In this document: positions 27,701 to 51,484 of the stretch, piece by piece
Numbering within the stretch: position 1 is the stretch's first letter
Layout of the letters: each line of letters starts with the position of its first letter
Position numbers and translations under genes: made by a program
Assembly: GCF_964188315.1 (NCBI RefSeq)
Contig: NC_135667.1
Span: forward strand, 16,430,001-16,494,000
Source: Podarcis muralis
Taxonomy: Eukaryota
Direction: 5' to 3'
DNA: 64,000 nucleotides
Notes under the pieces: model-generated
Told to the model about the DNA's origin: nothing
The model's database searches: none
The model's input: only the letters and a program-made list of their open reading frames with translations

Positions 27701-30700
27701 CAGAACATCTTATTCATAATGGCTTCTTCCTTCATCAGTGATCAAATTACTCTCCAGTTTCTGTCAAATTGTCTCTCCCAAACACTCAGTTCTCTTCTAA
27801 AAACCTTTAAAGGCATGGTCACAAAAAATAAGAAAACTGGACAAGTTACCCTATAATTCAAAGGAGCATAGGAAGCTGTTTTCTATTGAGTCAGACCACA
27901 GGCTCATCTAGTTCAGTATCATCTACTTCAGGGCCTCCAGCTGTTTTTGGACTACAACTCCCATCACCCCTAGTTAGCAGGACCAGTGGTCAGGGATGAT
28001 AGGAATTGTAGTCCTAAAACAGCTGGAGACCCAAATTTGGGAAACCTTGGTCTGCTATGACTGTCAGAAGCCCTCTGTCTAGAGGAATTAGATATTGCCT
28101 TCTGCACACAAGGCAGATGCTCAGTCTTTCAAGCACTGCCACCTGTTTTTTGGGCAGTGTAATTCAGGGCGTTTCCGGACTGGTGCTATTGATTTGGTGC
28201 TCTTGCACGGAAAACCTGCTTCGCTATAAATTTGGATTTTTTGGTGATAAAGGAAGTGATGGGAAATTGCACTCGAAAGTGTGGGATAATAACACAACAT
28301 CGCATAACCTCCTTGCAAACAAATCAGAGCGAATGCTCAAAAAGCAGCAGTTTCGGTCCCGGAGTAAACCTGCCGCCTTCGTTAAATATCTTCAAAATAC
28401 CTACTGTTGTTTGAGAGGCTGCAATGTTTACTCCCGCAGGTTAATGAGTAACCTTAAAGGCAGGGAATTAACTCAAATGATCTTAATCGGTTCACAGCTG
28501 TATGCCTTTCTCTTCTGCAGTGTTTTAAAGCGAATGTTCTAGCTCCAGGAAACCCTTTCTTGAGAGGAAAACCCTGTATGTCTGTTATTGTAACCCCTGT
28601 GAGCCAGAGAGGATAGAACACTCATTCCGTTTATGCAGGGTCCCTCCATTCCTCGTGTAATTTGAGAATCTGCCTTGGAGCACTAAGAACACTCCTTTAC
28701 AGCTGCCCAGTTTAAAGGGGTGATCCTAAATGGCGGCAGACAGGAAAGTCCAGTCCGGCAGCCATTGATGAAGGGCTCCATGGATTACCCCCACCCCCTC
28801 TGCAGGCAACAGGGAAGGGGGAAGTTTTTAAACCATGGAATTGTGACATCTTCAGGCTGAACTGGGAACTGCATGTAAAACTGTTCCTTAATTACTGAGC
28901 CTTCATCCTGATTTGTTTGCACAAAGCTTGCACAGAGGTTCGATAGTATATCCCAGGGGTCTGCAACCTTTAAGACAAAAAGAGCCACTTGGACCCATTT
29001 CCGAAGGAAAAAAAACTGGGAGCCGCAAAACTCGTCATTATAAAAATAACTTTTTTTGTCACTTTTTTATTATTTCTTTGTTTGACCCCTCAGAATTACT
29101 CCTCCTCATAGAAATAAACGTTAAATTAACAAGTTACCTTTTTGTGTGTGTGTGTTCTTCACTCCCCTTCAAAACAGTGACCAGCGTACATGCCCCCTTT
29201 CAATGCAGTGACCAGCGTACATGCCCCTTACAATGTAGCGGGCGGGCGGGAAGGTGACGTCGGGACGGTGCGTGACTAACGCACGCACCGCCCCCAGGCG
29301 GCGTCACAGCCAGTACAGCGCCCGCCACAGTGGGGAGTGTCGGGGCGCACAATGCGCCTCCTCCCCTCGCTAGTATTCGCCCTGGAGCCGCAGCAAAGGT
29401 GTAAAAGAGCCACATGCGGCTCCGGAGCCCCGGGTTGCAGACCCCTGGTATATCCAGTCCTTTATGAGCATTTATCCTGATTTGTTTATGGGGTGGTTAT
29501 TCGACAATGAACCTGCTTTCTGATTTGCTTGTGGGATGTTTACATCCTGTTAGTTGATCATTCCCACACTTCTCAGTGCATTTCTCTGTCACTTTCCAAA
29601 CAGCAAAAAGTTTAAATCTTATTTTAGACTGGATTGCTTGTGCTGGGGGTGGCGAGGTCCTTTAACCCACTTTAGCTAGGCGGGTGTATGGTAAGTGCTT
29701 GAATCCCTCCCATGGAACAGTGACAACCTGGAGGACCTTGTAATGTACGAGGCTGTGATCCTAACCCCACTTACCTGGGAGTAAGGCATTTCCAGACAGT
29801 CACTATTTTGGGGTGGGATTCAATCACTTAACCGGGAAATTCCAAGGTGATTGGAAGGGCTTGCACAACAAACTCACTTCCCGAAAATGTCAGGGCTTTT
29901 GCAATAGGGTAAGCAAAGGGAAAATGAGCTGGAAATTGTGGGATAACACTTGCTGTGATGCAACATCGTCTAACCTCCCCCAAACCAAATCAGAATGAAT
30001 GATCAGTAAACAGGCCATCTGAAAGCACCCAGTGAATTCACTGAGTAGACGTGGTCAGGCTTGCAGCCTTATTTATCTTTTTGTGTATGTCTCTATCTGC
30101 TGTCTTATCAGGAAAGGCGAGATGGAGTTGGAACTGGCAAAAGTGTCCCTGGAACGGGATTCCATGAGCCAGCAGCTATTGCGTGTCATTCGCCAGAAGA
30201 TGGCCCTTTCCCAGGAGCTGGAAGCTTGGCAAGTGAGTAAGAAAAAACACCAGAATATATATATGAAATTTAACCCAGAACATTTTAAACTGCACCAATT
30301 GCCCTTCCAGTTTATATGCTGGAAGCCGAAGGAAGCAGCCAAAAGGGCCCAGGGAACTTCATAGTAGCAAACGCAACATTTTTTAAATCCCAAACTGCAA
30401 GTCAGACAACAGCTTTTTGGCTCCTGCCGTGCTTAATAAATTCCAGATCTGCGCAGTGACACAAATGGGATGAGCGTGAGAATTTCTGATTCTCCCCCTG
30501 CATTCACAATTTGTTCCAAGTTTGCTTTATGGATTCATTCCAGTTCTGAACAGGGACCGAAAAGAAAGGAAGGGGAAAAGACCATGACAGGGTAAGAAGA
30601 GGAGGAGAAGTAGCAGCAGCAGCAGCAGCTGGGAGATGATGAATAAGAAGAAGAGGGTAGCCAAACACAAAAATGTATTTATTTGTTTATTTGTTTATGG

Positions 30701-31323
30701 GGTCTTTGTCCCATTTTTTCAGACAACAATTGTCTCCCAAAGCAGCTCACATCAATTAAAAGAGGGGAAGAGCCTCTACTGCCATCAGGCTCACAAACCT
30801 GATCACCTCGCCTCAAAAAGGATATTGTAGAGCCGGAAAAGGGCAACCGAGGGGCTGAAGCCACTGCCCCTATGAGGAAAAGTTAAAATGTATGGGGCTC
30901 TTTAAGCTTAGAAGAAAGGAGAGGTGTTTTTCTTCCTCTCTCATAATGTTAGAACTTGATGAGGCTGCACAGTGGGAGATTCAGGGCAGGAAAAATGGAA
31001 GCATTTCTTCACACAGCGCCTAGCGAAACTGTGGAATGATGTAAGGAAGGCCACCAATTTGGATGGCTTTAAAAGAGGAATAGACAAATTCACAATTTAG
31101 GAGCACTGTTGTGCTTACATCCTCTTTTCTTTTCTTTCCTGCCGCACAGGATGATATTCAGTATATCATTCACCAGCAACTGCTGCAGAAGCACCAGGAA
31201 GAGACCCACCCCATCGCTTCGTCGCCTAGAAGCCCGGCGGAAGGCAAGAACCCTCCTTTCTATCGCCGTGGCACCAGCATCCCCAACGGCACTGGCTTCT
31301 TCTCACTCTTCCGGAAAAGCTGA
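15012..31323 (+). CDS. BICDL2: BICD family-like cargo adaptor 2 (BICDR-2/CCDC64B), 524 aa
   Basis: join(15012-15320,20004-20219,23509-23625,24212-24358,24868-25050,26939-27115,27217-27347,30112-30232,31150-31323). All introns are GT-AG and the frame is continuous. CC1-box [14 protein letters not shown], long coiled coils, C-terminal [16 protein letters not shown] and FFSLFRKS* match recalled BICDR proteins. Confidence 0.95.
15524..15748 (-). mobile_element. Tigger-like MITE family A copy 4 (BICDL2 intron)
   Basis: TA-flanked, same body in reverse orientation. Confidence 0.85.
17161..17325. mobile_element. hAT MITE with perfect TIR and TSD
   Basis: 17-bp TIR CAGTGGCGTAGCGTGGG/CCCACGCTACGCCACTG; 8-bp TSD GATTCCAG at 17153-17160 and 17326-17333. 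Confidence 0.9.
17943..18186 (+). mobile_element. Sauria SINE, 5'-truncated
   Basis: CCTGCCAACCTAGCAGTTTGAAAGC...GGACCTAATGGTCAGGGGTCCCTTTACCTTTACC tail. Confidence 0.9.
18289..18684 (-). mobile_element. Probable solo LTR
   Basis: TGTT...AACA inverted termini, near-identical 4-bp flanks TTTG/CTTG, minus-strand AATAAA at 18344-18349. Confidence 0.45.
20481..20530. repeat. (ATT)n microsatellite (L2-type tail)
   Basis: Read directly; similar (AAT)n tracts near 5100, 37500, 44525 and 60260. Confidence 0.95.
20882..21298. mobile_element. DNA-transposon MITE (CATACCCTCCAA termini) interrupted by a 5'-truncated Sauria SINE (about 20923-21200, +)
   Basis: TIR CATACCCTCCAA / TTGGAGGGTCTG. The host sequence is broken after GGGATGTCCT and appears to resume at TAAGGAAAAGC after the SINE. 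Confidence 0.7.
27930..28050. mobile_element. Palindromic hAT-like MITE (ACTACAACTCCC hairpin family)
   Basis: Arms CTCCAGCTGTTTTTGGACTACAACTCCCATCA and TGATAGGAATTGTAGTCCTAAAACAGCTGGAG are near-perfect reverse complements. Confidence 0.75.
28954..29447. mobile_element. Non-autonomous hAT element with perfect TIR and TSD
   Basis: 15-bp TIR CAGGGGTCTGCAACC/GGTTGCAGACCCCTG; 8-bp TSD GTATATCC on both sides; CpG-rich interior. Confidence 0.9.
30845..31095 (+). mobile_element. CR1 LINE 3' fragment with internal deletions
   Basis: CCCTATGAGGAAAAGTTAAA...TTAAGCTTAGAAGAAAGGAGA...GCATTTCTTCACACAGCGC...GATGGCTTTAAAAGAGGAATAGACAAATTCA, typical of the CR1 ORF2 end. Confidence 0.65.
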
Positions 31324-31881
31324 GGAGCTGGACAGGTGGTGGAGGGACTATCAACGCCAGAACTCCTTGGTGGCGGAAGTAGCAGCTGTCGATGAGACCA
31401 AGGCTTGAGGTGGCCGGAGCTGAAATGGCTTCTGGGCCTCTTAGCAGCTTGTCAACTAACTCCAGGCCAAAGGAATTTGTTCTCCGGTTCCATTACATTG
31501 CTCATACTTGATCCCTGTTCACACTCTGTACACACAGAGGATACTCACACGTGTTGTAATAGGAGCAGAGCCACACTGCCGGTCCCAATAGTGGAGCGTT
31601 GAGTGCGGAGATCTGTGAGTGTACAGGAACCAGCATGCAAGACACACAGGGGTCCATGCTTCTTGCACGGATCTTGTGGGCGGGCCCAGGAGTTTTGTTT
31701 ACAGGCATCCGCACTCAATGTGTGGATATCACATGAGTATGGCTAGCCTGGGGCCACGATGTCAGGGGTAGGGTCAGGGGGTCCCTTTGTACTGGAGATG
31801 CGCTTTACAGGTGAGAGAAAGGGAGAGAGAAAGACAGGGAGATTGGAATGTCCATTGCAGTGGGGCAGAAAGCCCTATGTA

Positions 31882-32102
31882 CAGTCATGCCTCGGGTTAC
31901 AGCCGCGTAAGGTTGCGTCTTTTCAGGTTGCAGACCGCCGAAACCCGGAAGTACTGGAATGGGTTACTTCCGGGTTTTGGCAGTTGTGCATGCGCAGAAG
32001 CGCTGAATTGCAACCTGCACATGCGCAGATGCGGGTTGCGAGCACTGTGGGTTGCGAGCGTGCATCCCGCACGGATGACATTCGCAACCCGAACGTCCAC
32101 TG
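31882..32102. mobile_element. Tc1/mariner-type MITE (family B), 560 nt after the BICDL2 stop
   Basis: TA-flanked CAGT...ACTG termini; internal repeats of GGGTTGCG and an inverted CCGGAAGT/ACTTCCGG pair. Confidence 0.7.
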
Positions 32103-33627
32103 TATTAGGAAGGAAGGGGAGAGAAAGAGAATAAGGGATATGGGATGCTGGCGGTGGAAGGGAGTAAGAAAGAAAGTTGATAGAGTAAGTTGATAAGAAG
32201 GAAGGGGTGGAAAGGAATAAAAGTTAAGAATGGCAAGAGGTTTGAGGTTCTGCTACACTCCACTTTTGCCCTTTGGGCATGCCCACTTTGACATGTGGCC
32301 CCCGGAGTGCTGGCCTTTGGGCAATGTAGACCTCAGGCAGAAAAAGGTCAGCTGCCCCCGTTTTACAGACTTCTGTGCTCAGTGCGCAGGCAGGAGGTGC
32401 AGGATATGATGCTGGGAGCTGGGCCAGCAGTGCAACTCTGTTCCTATTGCAACACGTGAGTTGGGTTCCTAAGAACATCGGAAGAGCTCTGCTGGATCAG
32501 GCCAAAGGCCCCTGTTGCCCAATGTTTTGTTTTCCCGACAGCCAGCCAGATGTCTGTGGGAAGCGTGCAAGTACTACTACTCTCCCTCCTTGAGGACGTG
32601 GTATTCAGAGGCATCCTGTCTCCAGCAATGGAGGGAGGTTTCATGGCATTTCTCCGTCAGCGAGACTGACACACTGAGCTGTCCATCTGAGTTCTAATGA
32701 TAGACCAATTCGAGCACTAATGTGACTAATGCGGTGATAAGATATTTCCTTGCATTTTAATAGTCTGCTTGGAACAACTGCGGGTTCCAAGTTACACCCT
32801 CAGATCAGCCGGTCCTGTCAGTCAGGGCTCCAAGTACCTAACAAAATGATTCATCTGAAATCGGGGCACTTGTATCCAACTGGCGATAAGATTTACCACA
32901 GGCCACCACCACCGATTAGATGGCATCAGCCGGCCAAATAGCTACAGTGGGGCAACTAAAAACAATCGAATGGTTGGATGCAGTTTCCAGTGCCAGTGGA
33001 ATTACTCGCCATATAAATAAACTAGCTTATTTTGCACCTCTCTTCTTTTAAAAAAAATACCTTTAACCTTCCAATGCCAGCTGGCCTGTCTGTGTTCCAG
33101 CAGACGTTCCAAGTTTGCCCAGCAAGAGCCATGATTCAGCTAAGTGGATTTTTCTAGAGGATCTTGCAGATGCAAACCTGCAATGTCAACATCGTCCAAA
33201 TTTCCCTATAAAAAATAAAATAAATCACTGGTCGTTTACTCCCTTTCATACTTAAAAGCTGTGGGGCTGGCTAGAATAATAATCTTTCCCTCCGTAGTGA
33301 GTGGGGAAGAATTTATGCTGACTTCTTAGAAGTCTGGGGAGAAATGGCTGACAAACTGTTAGCTGCGGGAGATTAGCGGTACTTGATGACCCCTCTGAAG
33401 GTTCTAACTGTACTAGCACTTTACTTCCCTGCGAAACCCTGGTTTGCTGTTTTGGGGGCAGCTTCCCATGCTTTTCCATGCACTGACAGCAAGTCCACAC
33501 CCACCCCACACATTTAAAGCACATGGCATCCCCCCAAAGAATCCTGGGATCTCAGTTTGTTAAGGGAGCTGGGAAGTATAGTTCTGCCTGTGGGTTGGCA
33601 AACTACAATTCCCAGGATTCTTTGGGG

Positions 33628-33757
33628 GAATAGTTCAGTCAGTCAAGCTTAATCTCAGGGTCGTCTGTTCGAGTCCCACGTTGGGCAAAAGATTCCTGCA
33701 TTGCAGAGGGTTGGACTAAATGACCCTCTGGGGTGTCTTCTAACTCTAACAATTCTC
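33628..33757 (+). mobile_element. Short tRNA-head SINE with CR1-like tail
   Basis: B-box-like GTTCGAGTCCC, body CAAAAGATTCCTGCATTGCAGAGGGTTGGACTA, tail CTTCTAACTCTAACAATTCT; a second copy lies on - at about 40853-40985. Confidence 0.65.
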
Positions 33758-34407
33758 TGTTTCTGTAATTAAAATGTTCTTTAAATGTATATTCTGAACA
33801 TGACTGAAAATGAGAGGTTCTGAAGGCGTGCCTTCCTCTGAGCTTGGGCTTTGCTAAATGTGGGGCACCCTCTGTATTGGGTAGTGGAGCGAGTTGCTAT
33901 GAGGAGGAGGCATAAGGTGGAGCCTTGCAAATATTCCTCACGAACTTTGCACACCAGCGGGGGCAGAATGACCCCCTTCAGTAGGCGGCAGTATTACTAC
34001 GGAGCATTAGGGGCCTCGCTTTATCTAGATTTTCCTTGCTGTTCATTGGGGGGGGGGGGGATGAATAATCTGTGCTCGGTAGTGGGTGACTTGTGTATAC
34101 AGTTATGCAAATGAACAATGATTACTTTGTCACATGGGCACCGCCAGCAGAGGGTACTGCCCTACTTTCATCTCCTTCCGCCCTTTCCCCTTACTGTTGC
34201 AAAAAAGGGGGGGAACCCCCAAAACCAATACTATTTTGCCAGTGTGTCACTTTTCAGCTGTTTAGGACAGGCAACAATTTGCAAAGCCAAGCCGCTGGGA
34301 AGAGCCAAGACAGAGAAAATATTTATCTACAAAGCAGAAGATGTATATTGTTATAGCATATTTTTGGTTGTATATTTTGTTAATACAGATTTAATACTAT
34401 TCTGTTT

Positions 34408-34417
34408 ATTAAATAAA
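34408..34417 (+). terminator. Candidate distal poly(A) signal of BICDL2 (implies about 3 kb 3'UTR)
   Basis: Overlapping ATTAAA/AATAAA at the end of a U/A-rich tract typical of 3'UTR ends. Other AATAAA hexamers occur near 32216 and 33214, so usage is unverified. Confidence 0.4.
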
Positions 34418-34867
34418 GAAGTATGGTTCTTAAACCTCACGCCTCCCTCACTGTCTGCTCTTGGGAAGCAGGTTCTTTGGGAGGGAGGTTGCGGCCTGCT
34501 CACACAGAGCAGGGAATGCTGGGAAGGTTGGGCACCTCTTAGTGGAACCAATAATTCTAGGAAATTCTAAGGAAACAGTGCAAAACTTTGTCTCAGCCAA
34601 CTTGTAAACGGGGCCTTGGATGTTGCCAGGAAGCTGCAAATGTTCGAAGTTGTGAGCTGGTGACATGCTGCAACATTTTGTTATGTGGGGGGGGGGGGGG
34701 GAGCCCTCACTTGTACCTTCTGAAAGCCAACCTGGAGAGATTAACAAAAATGCTATTTCTGTTTTAATAGGCAGACTGCTTTTTCCATCACCCTTCAGCA
34801 GTGGGGGTGGGGAATAACTATATTTCCTGTTACCATCAGATCGAATTTTAAACCAATCTGATCAGAG

Positions 34868-36090
34868 TATTATTGTTTGGCGGTCACTCGAAGCCGAGAA
34901 AGATTGTCTTCCATGAACACGGTCTTAACAGTGAATCTGTAAGTGGATCTACATGTCCTTCCACAGTGGGGACATAGGTTTCCGGATGGGAGTTGATCAT
35001 GGTGAGGGTTTGCCAAACGTACCTCCCTCTTAGCACATTTCTCCCTTTCATCCTGAGTTTGAGCGTCCAAAGGCTATTCTCCAACTGGATCGCTTGCATG
35101 CCAGTGTTTCCCAATTGTTGATGTTTATACTACATTTGCCTTGAGAGAGTCTTGAAACCTCTTTTGTTGACCACCAGCATTCTGCTTTCCATTTTAAAGT
35201 TTGGAATAGAGTAGTTGCTTTGGAAGGCGGTAATCAGGCATCTGAACAACATGACCAGTTCAACAAAGTTGATGTTGAAGAATCATTGCTTCAACACTGG
35301 TGGTCTTTGCTTCTTCCAGTACACTGATATTAGTTCACCTGTCTTCCCAAGTGATGTGTAAAAATTTTCAGAGACACTGTTGGTGGAATGTTTCGAGGAG
35401 TTGGAGGTGGCATTTATAAGTGGTCCATGCGCTGTGGGTTAAACCACAGAGCCTAGGACTTGCCGGTCAGAAGGTCGGTGGTTCAAATCCCTGTGACGGG
35501 GTGAGCTCCCGTTACTCGGTCCCTGCTCCTGCCAACCTAGCAGTTCGAAAGCACGTCAAAGTGCAAGTAGATAAATAGGTACCACTGCGGCGGGAAGGTA
35601 AACGGTGTTTCCGTGCGCTGCTCTGGTTCGCCAGAAGCGGCTTAGTCATGCTGGCCACATGACCCGGAAGCTGTACGCCGGCTCGCTCGGCCAGTAAAGT
35701 GAGATGAGCGCTGCAACCCCAGAGTCGGCCACAACTGGACCTAATGGTCGGGGGTCCCTTTACCTTTATGTTCCACAAGCATACAGTAAGGTTGGTAGTA
35801 CAATAGCTTTGTAAACAAGCATTTTGGTTTCCCTGCAGATGTCCCGGTCTTCAAACACTCTGCACTTCAATTGGGAGAAGGCTGCACTCGCAGAGCTCAG
35901 GCAATGCTGGATTTTGGCATCAATGTCTGGCCTTGTGGAAAGATAACTGCCCAGGTAGAAGTCGTTGACACTTTCCAACGTTGCAGCATTGAGTTGGATT
36001 TGTGGCACTGTGGAGTGGTTGCTTTGATCAGAGTATACTTTCATTTTAATAGGATTGAACCCTGGGTCATGGACTATTTTCATTTGCATT
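34868..36090 (-). mobile_element. RTE-clade LINE 3' portion (RT C-terminus plus zinc knuckle), interrupted by a Sauria SINE
   Basis: YLGSYLSTRPDIDAKIQHCLSSASAAFSQLKCRVFEDRDICRETKMLVYKAIVLPTLLYACGT|WTTYK is continuous across the SINE; terminal CPHCGRTC motif. Confidence 0.9.
35430..35767 (+). mobile_element. Sauria SINE, nearly full length, nested in the RTE LINE
   Basis: GCTGTGGGTTAAACCACAGAGCCTAGGACTTGCC...GGGGTCCCTTTACCTTT, with ATG repeated on both sides. Confidence 0.92.
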
Positions 36091-37559
36091 CACTTAAACT
36101 AACATGAGCAAAGTTTTTTTATTATTCTGCCAGGGAGAGATGGTGCCCCTTGTTCTAGCAAAGAGGACCTCTTGGCTTTTCCGTTCATGCCCTCCCCACT
36201 GCACACCAGCCGTGCCCATCTGGGTGGCATTTTTCTACCCGCAAGTGGGCCTAACAAGAGAACAATATGAGCATTTCTTGCAGCGCTGAGGGGGTGGCTG
36301 CAGTTGGCATCTCAACCCTGCAGAGAGGAATGCAGAACAGACAGATGAGGCAGATGGACAAAGTAAACAGAGGACGCAGCTGCCAATCTTCCAGCCTCCA
36401 CACCCCCCCCCCCCGCTCCAGTGCTGGAATAGCAGTTTGCAATGGAGTCCTGGGCCCTCTGAGAGGCGGTGTGGTTAACTAGTGGGCAAGAAGAAGTGGC
36501 TGGAAGCTTCAGAGTCCTCCCAAGACCATTACAGTACTCCAAAACAGCATAGCACCGATCTCCCAGTCACTTCTCCCAAGGAAGTGGAGAGAGTTGCATC
36601 ACTGCATCAGCATGCAAGGAAAAGCTGCACCTGTTGAATTTCTGTCTGCCGTGCAGCTGCTTTTAAACATAGGGGCCTTGTAAGAAAAAGAGAAACCACA
36701 ACAAGCAAACAGAAGCACCACCCCAATTCCAATCCTACTTTTCCATTCCTACCTGAAGCCCCTCCTACTGGACTTCAAACCCTCCACACACACACCCTTT
36801 ATCCTCCTCACTGTGCTTTGTTTCCCATCAGCGCCGGCATTATTTAAGCCATATATTATCTGTACCGGACTGGCTTTATTTATATGCACAGGGGTGTTGC
36901 CGGTGTGAACATTAAATTTATTAGACTTGTTCGTTGCTTGTTACACGGAGGTCTCCCAGCTGCATATTACCAAGTCGTCGTCGTAATTATGAATTGAAAT
37001 TAATTTAAATCATTGAGTTAATTGTCATTAACTTAGTAATCGCCTTCCCCCGTCTCCTTTGATCCGTAGTGCTAAATGCAGTACAGCTCTTGGCACTTTT
37101 CTGCTCGGAATTTAGCCCCCCTGCTTCGTTAGGTCTTTATTTCCCGGGCGCGCGTAGGGGGGGGGGGCGTGGAGTTGAACGTGCTCATTCCCTGGCAAGC
37201 CGATCCTATGCCCGATCGGCGATTGCTAGAAATAAATATGCATTCCGCGGGATTTGCTTCCCCGAGTGCACCGGGCTGCAGCCTTCACGGACTATTTTCA
37301 GGCTGTAATCCTGTTGGGGCACTCGCCTCCGCAGAAACGGGCCCTAATTAAATTACGCCCGGCTTACTCCCGAGTAAACCTGCTGAAGGCTCTCGGGCTG
37401 CTGCACTGACCCGCCTACGTATATTTACATTTTTGCTTTACGTTTAGCTGCATATCAGCATAAATATCCTTAACCCCGAGGATTGAGTTAAATTGTAATA
37501 TAATAATGATAATAATAATAAATAATAATAATAATAATGGTTGCTTAAATTGCCCTCGA

Positions 37560-38060
37560 TGGAACTCAGATCCTCAGCCCCGCCCTGTCGCGTTTAAGCC
37601 CCGCCCATTCTTTATTGCCGCCTCTCCCCACTTGGAAGCCCCGCCCGCCCGGCACCGCCCATTATAAGCCGGGCCCCGCCCCCAGACCCGCCCCCTCCCG
37701 GCTGATTCCAATCGCGCCCTGGCTTTCCATCGGCCCGAGCGGGCGCGAGAGGCGGCGGCTGCTGCGCCTGGGAAGGAGGCGGAGAAAGCGGCGGCGGCAG
37801 CAGCAGCAGGAGCAGGAGGGGAGAGGCAGGAAGGAAGCGGCCGCCTGCGAGCTCCGCGGTCATCTGATTCCAGCCCAGCGTCCGGCCGGGAGAGGGACGG
37901 AGGGCGGCAGCCGCGAGACCCGCCTGGCCTCCCTCCCCTTGCAGATGCGCCCCGCGCCCCTTCCCCAACCTGAGCCTCCCCTTCCCCCGATCCTTCATTG
38001 ATTCCCGAGATCCGGGGTTTCCTCGTGCTTCCAGACCCGGCACATCTCTCCCTCCTTTCC
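37560..38060 (+). promoter_or_regulatory. CpG-island promoter / 5' end of the RAB35-like gene
   Basis: Dense CpG, several CCCGCCC GC boxes, CCAAT near 37706 and TATAAG near 37664, followed by a GGC/CAG-rich leader 1.2-1.7 kb upstream of the Rab ATG. A possible 5'UTR acceptor lies near 38751. Confidence 0.7.
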
Positions 38061-39261
38061 TCCTTCCCTTTCTCGCCTGTTTTCGTGGCTCTCCTCCTCT
38101 CTCCACCCCGCCCCAGCGAATGTTAGGAAGAGAAAAGGCTGCCAGGTCATTTGGAGAGAAACTTTAAGGTCCTTCCGATTGGCTTAGATCCCTTAGGTGG
38201 GGGCGAAACTCCCTGCTTTATTTGACCCTCGTTCTCCCCCCCCCCCTTCTCTTATTTCACTAACCTCCTCTCTCTTCATCCCCACCCCAATTGAAAGTAT
38301 CGGTCAATGTCTGGTTGTCACCCCTCTGTTGTACCATTTGTTTTTGGATACAGGAAGGCTTTTGGAAGGACCTAAATCCCCCTTCTTTTCTGGATATATA
38401 TATTTTTAAATAATTTCTCTGGTCCTTAATCAGTTCATTCCTTTTTCCTTTTTTTGGCAGAACCACAAATTTTGGTCTGAGGATTTGTGTTTTCCCCTCT
38501 GAGTTTCCTTTTTTTTTTATTTTAAAAGCCACCTTTTGGAATAAATCTGTCCTGTATTTTTTTTTAAAGTTCTGAATTACTTATTTCTTTGGAGACCTCA
38601 GCATCAAGCTCTTTGTAAACTGCAACACCTTTTGGCACCCCGCTTCTGAATGTGGGAAAAACAGCTCCTTTGGAAAAAAAATATATATATTCTGTCATTT
38701 CCTGATGCTTTTTTCACCTTCCTAATCTTTTTGCTCTGTCCCATCCCATCAGAGGAAGCCTGAGGTCTTAATAAACTGTGGATCTGTGCTACATCTGTGG
38801 ACTGCCCTCTCTTTTAAAAATCCAAAAACGGCGGATACGCTTTCGACACTGCATTCTACAGATTGTTGACATAGGAAGAAACTCTCTTGGCAGGCTCCAG
38901 CGGGTTCCTTTTTGTCATTTGACTTTAAGGAAGCAAAGATCTGGAAAGAGAAGTTTGTAACATCTGCGCTCCAGAAAAACAACAACCCTGGAGGGACTTT
39001 TGGCAGAAAGACAGCCTTAAACTTTCTCATTTCCAAGGAAACAACTGCGTTGTCAAATCGACCTGATCTTGCATTTGGAAGTTTTTCAGGATCTTCTGGA
39101 CACTGAAGGAAAAGAGACTGGCATGCTCAAGACCGTGTCCTGATTAACTGCAATGGGGCATTGAGGCAGAACAAATTTCCCACTGGAAAGTGTGGGAGTG
39201 AGTGGAGAATCCCTGCAGGGAGCGTGAAAGACACAGGAGGAGGAGTTGACCCAGCACATGA

Positions 39262-51484
<12,223 letters not shown>

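Noticed and set aside
28057-28542. 161-aa ORF in a BICDL2 intron
   Set aside because: No recognisable domain or splice context; it begins beside a MITE and is probably old repeat sequence.
37612-38106. 128-aa and 164-aa ORFs on both strands of the CpG island
   Set aside because: Stop-poor GC-rich promoter DNA giving low-complexity R/G/P/A peptides.
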